Below are positions 1-6,480 of a stretch of 10,919 nucleotides of DNA, piece after piece; the first letter of the stretch is position 1, and the number at the start of each line of letters is the position of its first letter. The position numbers and the translations under genes are program-made. The notes beneath the pieces are model-generated. The model did not search any database, was not told where the DNA came from, and saw only the letters and a program-made list of their open reading frames with translations. The DNA is from Phycisphaerae bacterium (GTDB lineage: Bacteria > Planctomycetota > Phycisphaerae > SM23-33 > FEN-1343): contig JAWLCG010000153.1 of the NCBI GenBank assembly GCA_041687295.1, forward strand, positions 1-10,919, in the 5' to 3' direction.

Positions 1-70
1 CGGCCATGGCACCCGGAAGACAAGCCAAAGCGGCGACGTTGTCGCCGCACTCCATATTGCCCAGGCAGCC

Positions 71-105
71 TCGGGCGCCGTCGACGGCGGGCCGTGCCCG
101 CCCTA
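71..105. repeat. REP-like palindromic element, single copy, same family as the 4522-4712 cluster
   Basis: tcgggcgccgtcgacggcgggccgtgcccgccctac. It contains the 10-bp perfect palindrome ccgtcgacgg and the hairpin ggcgggc-cgt-gcccgcc (7-bp arms), and is near-identical to ggcgccatcggcggcgggccgtgcccgccctacgg at 4677-4712. It overlaps the stop codon of the MFS gene. Confidence 0.55.
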
Positions 106-1434
106 CTCGGCCGGCTCGTCGTCCTCGGTGGCGGCGGCGACGGGCTCGACGGGGGTCTGGACGACCAGGGGGAAGCCCCGCTCGGGCCTCGCCTCGCTCA
201 GCATGCCGAAGCGGCGGAGGCGCGGAAACAGCGCCGCCCACAGCCCCACCACGCCGATGCAGCCGATACCGCCGCTGACCACCGAGACTACCGGCCCGAA
301 CAGCCTGGCCACCAGGCCCGACTCGAAGCCGCCCAGCTCGTTGCTCGAACCGATGAAGATGCTGTTGACGGCCGAGACGCGCCCACGCATCTCGTCGGGG
401 GTGACCATCTGCACCAGCGTGTGGCGGATGACGACGCTGACGTTGTCGAACACGCCGGTGAGGAACAGCATCGCCAGCGACAGCCAGAAGCTCGTGCTGA
501 TGCCGAAGACGATGGTAACCGCCCCGAAGCCGGCCACCGACAGCAGGAGCGTTCGGCCCGCCTTGCGCATCGGCGGCAGGTGCGCCAGCAGCAGGCCCAT
601 GCACATGGCCCCGGCGGCCGGCGCGGCCCGCAGGAAGCCGAAGCCCGTCTCGTCAACGCCCAGGATGTCGCGGGCATAGATCGGCAGCAGGTAGACCGCC
701 CCGCCCAGAAGCACGGCGAACATGTCCAATGAGATCGGCCCGAGCACCAGCTTGTGGTGCCAGACGAAGCGGATGCCCTCGGCGAGTTGTGCGAGCATTG
801 GCCCCCGCGGCGAAGGCGCCTGGGGCCTGAGCTTTAGCGTCGTCAGCAGGCCGATCATGGCCATGGAGCTGCACGCGGCGATGAGGTAGGCCCCCGGCAC
901 GCTCCAGGCCACGACGAACCCGCCCAGGGCCGGGCCCACCAGGCCGGACATCTGCATCAGGCTGGTCCGCCACTTGACGGAGTTCTCGAAGACCTCGGGT
1001 GGCACCAGCAGCGGCAGCATCGCCGTGCGGGCCGGGCCGCCCAGCCGCAGCACCGAGGAGTCCATCAGCAGCACCAGGTACATCAGCCAGATCGGCCCCT
1101 GACCGACGGCCAGGCCCGCCAGCGCCAGCGACGTCAGCGTCGCGCCGGCCATGCTGAGCATCAGCAGCTTGCGGCGGTTGAAGCGATCGGCCAGGTAGCC
1201 GGCCGGCAGCGTCAGCAGGAGCATCGGCGCCGCCTGCACCAGGCCGACCATCCCCAGGGCCAGCGGATCGTCGGTTCGGCTGTAGATCTGCCAGCCGATG
1301 GCCACGCTCTGGCCGGCCGTGCCAATGTGCACGAACAGCGAGCCGAACAGCCAGCGACGGAACGCCGCATGCCGGAAGGCCTCGTACGGGCTGGAGTGGC
1401 CGGTCCGGGGCGGACCGGATTCAGGTGTGCTCAT
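103..1434 (-). CDS. MFS-family transporter (12-TM-type major facilitator, EntS/MFS_1-like)
   Basis: 443-aa ORF, hydrophobic throughout with many predicted TM stretches. N-terminus FRHAAFRRWLFGSLFVHIGTAGQSV and the loop motif GYLADRFNRRKLLM match MFS motif A (G-x-L-a-D-r-x-G-r-k). Weak SD (agagag) upstream on the minus strand. The stop codon cta (103-105 on +) lies inside a REP-like repeat. Confidence 0.85.
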   Translation of the reverse strand: MSTPESGPPRTGHSSPYEAFRHAAFRRWLFGSLFVHIGTAGQSVAIGWQIYSRTDDPLALGMVGLVQAAPMLLLTLPAGYLADRFNRRKLLMLSMAGATLTSLALAGLAVGQGPIWLMYLVLLMDSSVLRLGGPARTAMLPLLVPPEVFENSVKWRTSLMQMSGLVGPALGGFVVAWSVPGAYLIAACSSMAMIGLLTTLKLRPQAPSPRGPMLAQLAEGIRFVWHHKLVLGPISLDMFAVLLGGAVYLLPIYARDILGVDETGFGFLRAAPAAGAMCMGLLLAHLPPMRKAGRTLLLSVAGFGAVTIVFGISTSFWLSLAMLFLTGVFDNVSVVIRHTLVQMVTPDEMRGRVSAVNSIFIGSSNELGGFESGLVARLFGPVVSVVSGGIGCIGVVGLWAALFPRLRRFGMLSEARPERGFPLVVQTPVEPVAAATEDDEPAE

Positions 1435-1664
1435 GGGGTCTCTCTGCCGGCTCCGCCGGCGGCGGCGCCCGCGGGGGCGGGCGGGTGTGACGAATTCGAA
1501 CGCAGCATCCTACCGCAGCCGGCCCAGCGGGTCAATTCGATCCGTCCTCTGCCGGCCAGCCCCGCCGGGCCTAGAATCCCATAGGCCCCGAACGCCGGAC
1601 CGGGGGACAGCGGATGCCTCCGCCCGCCCCGCCCGCGCCGCCGTCGGGCCAGGAGTGTGAAGTC

Positions 1665-2072
1665 ATGCGCAGCATCCGGTACATCCTCAGCGGCAAGCCC
1701 AGCCGCCTCGACGACTGCATCGACTACGCCGACCATCACCCCGTGCAGCGGATCGAGCTGACGCTGCAGACGCCCGAGCAGGTCACCGAGATCTGGACGG
1801 CCCGTTGGCTGCAGGGGCGGTTCACGTGGTTCTTCGAGGGCGGCGCGGTCGCCTGCGAGCGCGCCTTCGGCGGCTGTTTCCAGCACGAACCGTCCGCCCG
1901 GCAGCTCACCAGCGTCCATAACGCCAACGCCCGGCTCCTCCGCGAGCTCGACGCCATCCGCGACCGCCTCGGCGACGTCCCCATCGATGGCGCCGACCGC
2001 CGCTTCGACGAGTCAGCGGTCTACCAGCCCCAGACCGCCCAATTCGACGCCTGGACCCCCGACCAGTTGTAG
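1665..2072 (+). CDS. hypothetical protein (about 135 aa; alternative upstream start at 1614)
   Basis: ORF 1614-2072 in the track. The internal ATG at 1665 is preceded by aggagtg (SD-like) at proper spacing, and the upstream part (MPPPAPPAPPSGQECEV) is low-complexity. Codon usage matches neighbours (GC3-rich). No family recognised by eye. Confidence 0.5.
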   Translation: MRSIRYILSGKPSRLDDCIDYADHHPVQRIELTLQTPEQVTEIWTARWLQGRFTWFFEGGAVACERAFGGCFQHEPSARQLTSVHNANARLLRELDAIRDRLGDVPIDGADRRFDESAVYQPQTAQFDAWTPDQL

Positions 2073-2154
2073 CCCGTAGGGCACGTAGGTTCGTGAGCGC
2101 CAGCGAGCGGTTCTGCGTGCCGCGGCGACGCCGAGCGGTTCTGCAGCCTCGGCC

Positions 2155-2185
2155 TTGACATCGGCGGCACCCTCGCTGATATATC
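2155..2185 (+). promoter_or_regulatory. sigma70-type promoter: -35 TTGACA (2155-2160), 17-bp spacer, -10 GATATA/TATATC (2178-2185), overlapped by the perfect 12-bp palindrome CTGATATATCAG (2176-2187)
   Basis: Read directly: ttgaca tcggcggcaccctcgct gatata. The -10 sits in a conspicuously AT-rich patch of an otherwise ~70% GC region, about 75 nt upstream of the sialidase ATG (2263). Two 13-bp direct repeats cgagcggttctgc (2104-2116 and 2132-2144) lie just upstream. Confidence 0.45.
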
Positions 2186-2262
2186 AGTCCATTCCTTGCC
2201 GGTCCGCCTCCCCTCGGCTCGTTCGCCGGCGGGGGCGTGCGGGCAAACGAGAGGACTTCGCC

Positions 2263-3405
2263 ATGACCGCCGACGGTGCCTTGTTCACGACGAGCGACAT
2301 CTTCCAGGCCGGCCAGGACGGCTACCACGTCTGCCGCGTGCCCGGGCTGCTGGTGACGGCGGCCGGGACGGTGCTGGCCACCACCGAGGCCCGCCGGGGC
2401 CACGGCGGTGACTGGGACGCCAACGACATCCTGCTCCGCCGCAGCCCCGACGGCGGGCAGACGTGGGAGCCGGCGTGGCCTGTGGCGGCCGCCGCGGACT
2501 TCGGCCCCGGGCCGATGGACAACTTCGTGATGATCCGCGACGAGTCCGACGGGGCCGTCCATGCCCTGGTCTGCCACAACTATGCCCGCGTGTTCTACCT
2601 CCGCAGCGACGACGACGGGCAGACCTTCAGCGCCCCGCGCGACGTGACGGCCGCCTTCGAGGCCTTTCGCGCCGACTACCCCTGGCGGGTCGTCGCCGTC
2701 GGGCCCGGCCACGCCATCCAGGTCCGCGCCACGGGCCGACTGGTGGTGCCCGTCTGGATGAGCGACGGCACGGGCACCGAGTTCGGCCACGGCAAGCTGG
2801 GGCACCGGCCCAGCGTCGTCAGCACCGTCTACAGCGACGATCACGGCCAGAGCTGGCACCGCGGCGACCTCGTCGTCACTACCGATGGCCGGGTGATCAA
2901 CCCCAGCGAGACCCTCGCCGTCGAGCTGGCCGACGGAAGCGTCCTGCTGAACATCCGTAGCGAGTCGCCCGAGCACCGCCGGCTGATCTCCGTCAGCCCC
3001 GACGGCGCGACCGGCTGGTCCCAGGCCCGCTTCGACGACGCCCTGCTCGAGCCGGTCTGCATGGGCGGCCTGCTGCGCCTGAGCTGGCCCGAGCAGGGCC
3101 CGGGGCGCGTCATCTTCACCAACCCCGACACCCTCGAGCAGACCATGGTCCGCCCCGGCGTGGTCAACTGCGACCGCAAGAACCTCACAGTGCAGCTGAG
3201 CTACGACGATTGCCGCACCTGGCCGGTCAAGAAGGTCATCGAGCCGGGCCCCAGCGGCTACTCCGACCTCGGCGTGCTGCCCGATGGCACGATCCTGTGC
3301 ATCTACGAGTGCGGGCAGGTCGGCGGAAGGATGTTCCAGGACCGCGCCATCCGCCTGGCCCGCTTCAACCTCCAGTGGGTCACCGACGGGCGCGACGCCC
3401 TGTAG
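2263..3405 (+). CDS. exo-alpha-sialidase / BNR-repeat glycoside hydrolase (GH33-like)
   Basis: Four Asp-box (S-x-D-x-G-x-T-W) motifs: SPDGGQTW (nt 2443-2466), RSDDDGQTF, YSDDHGQSW and SPDGATGW. An N-terminal RIP/RVP motif (CRVPGL) is typical of sialidases. Start chosen at the ATG at 2263, preceded by gagagga SD. The track ORF starts at 2155 but that extension overlaps the promoter. No obvious signal peptide. Confidence 0.85.
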   Translation: MTADGALFTTSDIFQAGQDGYHVCRVPGLLVTAAGTVLATTEARRGHGGDWDANDILLRRSPDGGQTWEPAWPVAAAADFGPGPMDNFVMIRDESDGAVHALVCHNYARVFYLRSDDDGQTFSAPRDVTAAFEAFRADYPWRVVAVGPGHAIQVRATGRLVVPVWMSDGTGTEFGHGKLGHRPSVVSTVYSDDHGQSWHRGDLVVTTDGRVINPSETLAVELADGSVLLNIRSESPEHRRLISVSPDGATGWSQARFDDALLEPVCMGGLLRLSWPEQGPGRVIFTNPDTLEQTMVRPGVVNCDRKNLTVQLSYDDCRTWPVKKVIEPGPSGYSDLGVLPDGTILCIYECGQVGGRMFQDRAIRLARFNLQWVTDGRDAL

Positions 3406-3426
3406 AACCTCACCCGAAGGAACGCC

Positions 3427-4527
3427 ATGAACACGCTGGAACGTTTCCGGGCCGCCTTCGCCTTCGGGAAGCTCGATCGCCTGCCGATCCACACCTTCGG
3501 CGGATGGGACGAGACCTACGCCCGCTGGCGCACCGAGGGCCTGCCGGCCGACTGGGGACAGAAGAACTTCTTCGGCGAGGACCCCACGGCCTCCACCGGC
3601 GTGCACCTGGGGACCAACGGCTTCAGCCCGTTCTTCCCGCGATGGACGCCCGAGTTGCTCCAGGAGGACGACACCTACACCGTCATCCGCGACGAGCACG
3701 GGCGGGTCCTCCGCCGGCGCAAGGACGTCGTCAGCGCCTCCATCGCCGAGTACCTCGAGTTCCCCGTCCGCGGCCGGGCCGACTGGCAGCGCGTGAAGCA
3801 GCGGATGGACCCGGCCATTGAGGTCCGCTACGAGAAGCTCGCCGCCTCGGCCGACTGGTATGCCCAGCATGGCGAGGACCGCCCGGTGATCCAGGCCCTC
3901 TCCGGCACGTTCCGCGTGCTGTGGCACCTCATGGGCGACGAGGGGATGTACCTGGCCCTGTACGACGAGCCGGAGATGATCCACGACATCATGCGCACCT
4001 GGCTGCACATGAACGTCACGGCCATCGACCGCATCGCCGCCCGCATGCCCATCCACGTGCTGAACATCATGGAGGACATGTCGGGTAACACGGGCATGCT
4101 GATCTCGCCGGCGATGTTCCGCGAATTCATGATGCCCTACTACCAGCAGCTCATCCAGCACGTGCGCAGCCATACCGATGTGTTCGGCGTCTGGGTCGAC
4201 AGCGACGGCGACGTATCGGCCCTGATCCCGCTGCTGCTGGAGTGCGGCGTGCAGGGAATGTTCCCGTTCGAGGTGCAGGCGCACATGGACGTGGTGGCCC
4301 TGCGCCGCCAGTACGGCCAGCAGCTCGTGATCCGCGGCGGCATTGACAAGCGGGTCCTGCCCCGGGGCCGGGACGCCATCGACCGAGAGCTCGACCGCGT
4401 GCTGCCGATCTTCGCCCAGACCGGCGGCTACTTCATCTGCCTCGACCACCAGGCCCCGCCCGACGTGCCGCTGGAGAACTACCTCTACTTCCTCGAAAAG
4501 GCCCGCACCTATACACCTTGTCCGTAG
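3427..4527 (+). CDS. uroporphyrinogen decarboxylase (URO-D)-like family protein, function unknown
   Basis: 366 aa. The N-terminus LERFRAAFAFGKLDRLPIH resembles the HemE N-terminus (ERFxxALxGExxDRxPVW). The C-terminus GGYFICLDHQAPPDVPLENYLYFLE resembles the URO-D-family GGYILNLGHGIxPxTPxEN block. Good SD (gaagga) 7 nt upstream and a 21-bp gap after the sialidase suggest co-transcription. The stop TAG (4525-4527) lies inside the first REP-like repeat. Confidence 0.7.
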   Translation: MNTLERFRAAFAFGKLDRLPIHTFGGWDETYARWRTEGLPADWGQKNFFGEDPTASTGVHLGTNGFSPFFPRWTPELLQEDDTYTVIRDEHGRVLRRRKDVVSASIAEYLEFPVRGRADWQRVKQRMDPAIEVRYEKLAASADWYAQHGEDRPVIQALSGTFRVLWHLMGDEGMYLALYDEPEMIHDIMRTWLHMNVTAIDRIAARMPIHVLNIMEDMSGNTGMLISPAMFREFMMPYYQQLIQHVRSHTDVFGVWVDSDGDVSALIPLLLECGVQGMFPFEVQAHMDVVALRRQYGQQLVIRGGIDKRVLPRGRDAIDRELDRVLPIFAQTGGYFICLDHQAPPDVPLENYLYFLEKARTYTPCP

Positions 4528-4566
4528 GGCGGGCACGGCCCGCCGCGCTGGCGCCCGGCGCCACTC
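4522..4566. repeat. REP-like element, inverted-orientation copy
   Basis: ccgtagggcgggcacggcccgccgc is the exact reverse complement of gcggcgggccgtgcccgccctacgg found in the downstream direct copies. It is followed by gctggcgcccggcgcc, the counterpart of ggcgccgggcgccatcg. Confidence 0.65.
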
Positions 4567-4578
4567 AGCTCATTCAGG

Positions 4579-4641
4579 GACGCCTGTCCCGGGGGCTCAT
4601 GCGCCCGGCGCCATCGGCGGCGGGCCATGCCCGCCCTACGG
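4579..4641. repeat. REP-like 63-bp unit, direct copy 1
   Basis: gacgcctgtcccgggggctcatgcgcccggcgccatcggcggcgggccatgcccgccctacgg. It contains the palindromes gcgccNggcgc and ggcgggc-cat-gcccgcc. Confidence 0.75.
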
Positions 4642-4649
4642 ACTTTGCG

Positions 4650-4712
4650 GACGCCTGTCCCGGGAGCTCATGCGCCGGGCGCCATCGGCGGCGGGCCGTG
4701 CCCGCCCTACGG
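4650..4712. repeat. REP-like 63-bp unit, direct copy 2
   Basis: gacgcctgtcccgggagctcatgcgccgggcgccatcggcggcgggccgtgcccgccctacgg. It sits 71 bp after copy 1 and differs from it at 3 positions, all in loop or centre positions of the palindromes. Confidence 0.75.
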
Positions 4713-4965
4713 GCTGCTCCCAATGCCTCGGCCCGGTGGGGGTTCTGACGTGTCGCAGAAACTCTGATTTGGGACCTCCAATAGTTGTTGCAAATCTCCG
4801 ATGGCGGTGTAGGCTTAGGGATGAAGACTCCGAAGCTGGGCCGGCCCCCGCGGTGGGACGCGGGAACGGGCCGAAGCCCGCCAAGCGATCAGAGGGTCGC
4901 ACGTCGCCCCTCGTCGCCGGTGATCCCGGTGGCTGCGGCCCCGGGAGCCTTGAAAGGAGCATGCC

Positions 4966-5664
4966 ATGGGGATTCTTGCCCGTCTTCATCGTGTCACGGT
5001 CGGGGGGATCGAGGCCTTCCTCAAGCGGTTCGAGGACCCCGAGGTCATCCTGCCCCAGCTCATTCGCGAGATGGAAGCGCAGCTGCGCTCGGCGACCGAG
5101 GCCGAGGCCAGCGTCGCCGCCAGCGTCAAGCGGGCCGAGCGGGACCTCGAGCAGGCCCGCCAGCGCGTCACCACGCTGGGCCGAGGGGCCGAGCTGGCCC
5201 TGTCCGAGGGCCAGGAACAGACCGCCCGCGACGCCCTCAGCGCCCAAGTCGATGCCGAGCGGGCCGCCGAGCGGGCCCAGCAGAACCTCGACCGCACCCG
5301 CCAGACGCTGGAGCGTGCCACCGACGCGCGGATGCAGGTCCACCAGCAGCTGCAGGACCTGCGGAGCCGCAAGGACGAGATCCTCGCCCGCGCCCGCGTG
5401 GCCAAGGCCCAGAAGAAGGTCAGCCAGAGCGTCGACGGCGCCGTCGGCTCGACCGACAGCATTCTCGACGCGGTCGCCCGCCTCGAGCACGGCGTGGCCG
5501 AGACCGAAAGCGAGCTGGAGATCCGCAGCGAGATCAACGGCGAGCCGACCGCCTCACTGGAGCAACGGCTGATCGAGCTGGAGCGCAACAGCGAGGTCGA
5601 GCGTCGCTTGGCCGCCCTGCGGAGCCCCGGCCCGGCCGAGCCGACCGAGCCGACGCAGGCCTGA
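4966..5664 (+). CDS. pspA: PspA/IM30 family protein (phage-shock protein A / Vipp1-like, ESCRT-III superfamily)
   Basis: 232 aa. The N-terminus MGILARLHRVTVGGIEAFLKRFEDPEVILPQLIREMEAQL aligns closely with E. coli PspA [40 protein letters not shown]. The rest is a charged E/R/A/Q-rich helical hairpin/coiled coil. Strong SD aaggag sits 6 nt upstream of the ATG. Confidence 0.9.
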   Translation: MGILARLHRVTVGGIEAFLKRFEDPEVILPQLIREMEAQLRSATEAEASVAASVKRAERDLEQARQRVTTLGRGAELALSEGQEQTARDALSAQVDAERAAERAQQNLDRTRQTLERATDARMQVHQQLQDLRSRKDEILARARVAKAQKKVSQSVDGAVGSTDSILDAVARLEHGVAETESELEIRSEINGEPTASLEQRLIELERNSEVERRLAALRSPGPAEPTEPTQA

Positions 5665-5677
5665 CCCGAGTCACCCT

Positions 5678-5706
5678 CGGCGGCGGGATCGGGAGACCCG
5701 CCGCTG
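5678..5706 (+). promoter_or_regulatory. GC-rich hairpin between the two pspA paralogs (stem cggcggg / cccgccg, 9-nt loop), without a U-tract
   Basis: Read directly: the 7-bp perfect arms cggcggg (5681-5687) and cccgccg (5697-5703) extend to about 10 bp with a G-U pair. It sits 14 nt after the pspA1 stop, inside an unusually long (120-nt) spacer in an otherwise tightly coupled operon. The perfect palindrome gtgcgcac lies about 35 nt further on. Confidence 0.3.
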
Positions 5707-5784
5707 CAGCGCCCGGTGAGCCCGCGAGGACCCGTTGTGTGCGCACGGGCCCCGCGGCCGCCGGCGGAACCAAGGGGATCCGCC

Positions 5785-6480
5785 ATGAGCATCCTCGAAC
5801 GCATCCAACGCATCGCCCGGGCGAACCTCAACTGGCTGCTGGACCGGGCCGACCCGCCCGAGCAGCAGTTGGCCGAGCACATCGCCGAGCTGCAGTCCGC
5901 CCTGGCCGAGGGCCGACAGTGCGCCGCCAACTACGGCGCGACCGTCAAGCGGATGACCCGCCAGGCCGACGAGCTCGGCCAGCGCATCGCCGCCCTGCAG
6001 GCCCGGGCCGAGGCCGCCCTGGCCGCCGGCGACGAGCCCGCCGCCCGGGCCGCCCTGGGCGAGAAGCTCCAGTCATCCGAACGGCTGGCCGGACTGGAGC
6101 CGGGCCTGGCCCAGGGCCGGGCGAACTACGAACAGCTCAAGGACAACCTCGCTGCGCTGGGCGACCAGCTCTCGGCCGCCCGGTTGCGGCTGGAGGAGCT
6201 GCGGGCGCGTCAGCGGGCCGCCGAGGCCCACCGCGCGTTCGCCCAGCGGCTCGACGGGGCAGGCGCACCGGGCGCCGACGCGGACGCCTTCGACCGGCTG
6301 GAGGACGGCGTCCTGCAGGCCGAGGCCGAGGTCGAGGCCCGCGAGGAGATCCGCGCCGCCTCGATGGGCGAGGCCGACCTGGACGCGCGGAGCCGCCAGT
6401 GGCAGGTCGAGGCCGAGCTGGCGGCCCTCAAGCAGCGGATCGATCGGCCCAAGGAGTCCGACCATGGAACTGCTCCGTGA
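5785..6480 (+). CDS. PspA/IM30 family protein, second divergent paralog
   Basis: 231 aa from the internal ATG at 5785 (SD aagggga upstream); the track ORF starts at 5716. The N-terminus MSILERIQRIARANLNWLLDRADPPEQQLAEHIAELQSAL has the same architecture as PspA helix-0/helix-1, and the remainder is an Ala/Arg/Glu-rich coiled coil. It ends with a 17-nt overlap (ATGGAACTGCTCCGTGA) into the next gene. Confidence 0.8.
   Translation: MSILERIQRIARANLNWLLDRADPPEQQLAEHIAELQSALAEGRQCAANYGATVKRMTRQADELGQRIAALQARAEAALAAGDEPAARAALGEKLQSSERLAGLEPGLAQGRANYEQLKDNLAALGDQLSAARLRLEELRARQRAAEAHRAFAQRLDGAGAPGADADAFDRLEDGVLQAEAEVEAREEIRAASMGEADLDARSRQWQVEAELAALKQRIDRPKESDHGTAP

Noticed and set aside
1614-1664. 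Upstream start of the hypothetical ORF (MPPPAPPAPPSGQECEV...)
   Set aside because: It is a Pro/Ala low-complexity stretch with no SD. The ATG at 1665 with aggagtg upstream is more plausible. It is kept as an alternative start only.
2155-2262. N-terminal extension of the sialidase ORF (track start 2155)
   Set aside because: The extension (MTSAAPSLIYQSIPCRSASPRLVRRRGRAGKREDFA) overlaps the TTGACA/-10 promoter and its palindrome and is not signal-peptide-like. The internal ATG at 2263 has a proper SD.
1906-4536. 876-aa minus-strand ORF
   Set aside because: It is antisense to two well-supported plus-strand genes (Asp-box sialidase and URO-D-like). Its translation is low-complexity G/A/R/P/V-rich, typical of a non-coding frame in ~70% GC DNA where stop codons are rare. 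It has no SD or credible start context.
4579-4712. Possible CRISPR array
   Set aside because: There are only two direct 63-bp units separated by an 8-bp spacer, plus an inverted copy, and the units are internally palindromic in a REP-like way. There are no unique spacers of 25-40 bp and no cas genes.
4755-4800. Sigma54 -24/-12 promoter upstream of pspA
   Set aside because: tgggac and ttgca are present but 17-18 nt apart (GG to GC) instead of the required 10, so this is not a valid RpoN site.
4343-5572. 409-aa plus ORF and 284-aa minus ORF (4636-5490) spanning the repeat cluster and pspA
   Set aside because: They run straight through the REP-like repeats and the intergenic AT-rich patch. The translation is low-complexity, and both are out of frame or antisense relative to pspA. 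They are not coding.
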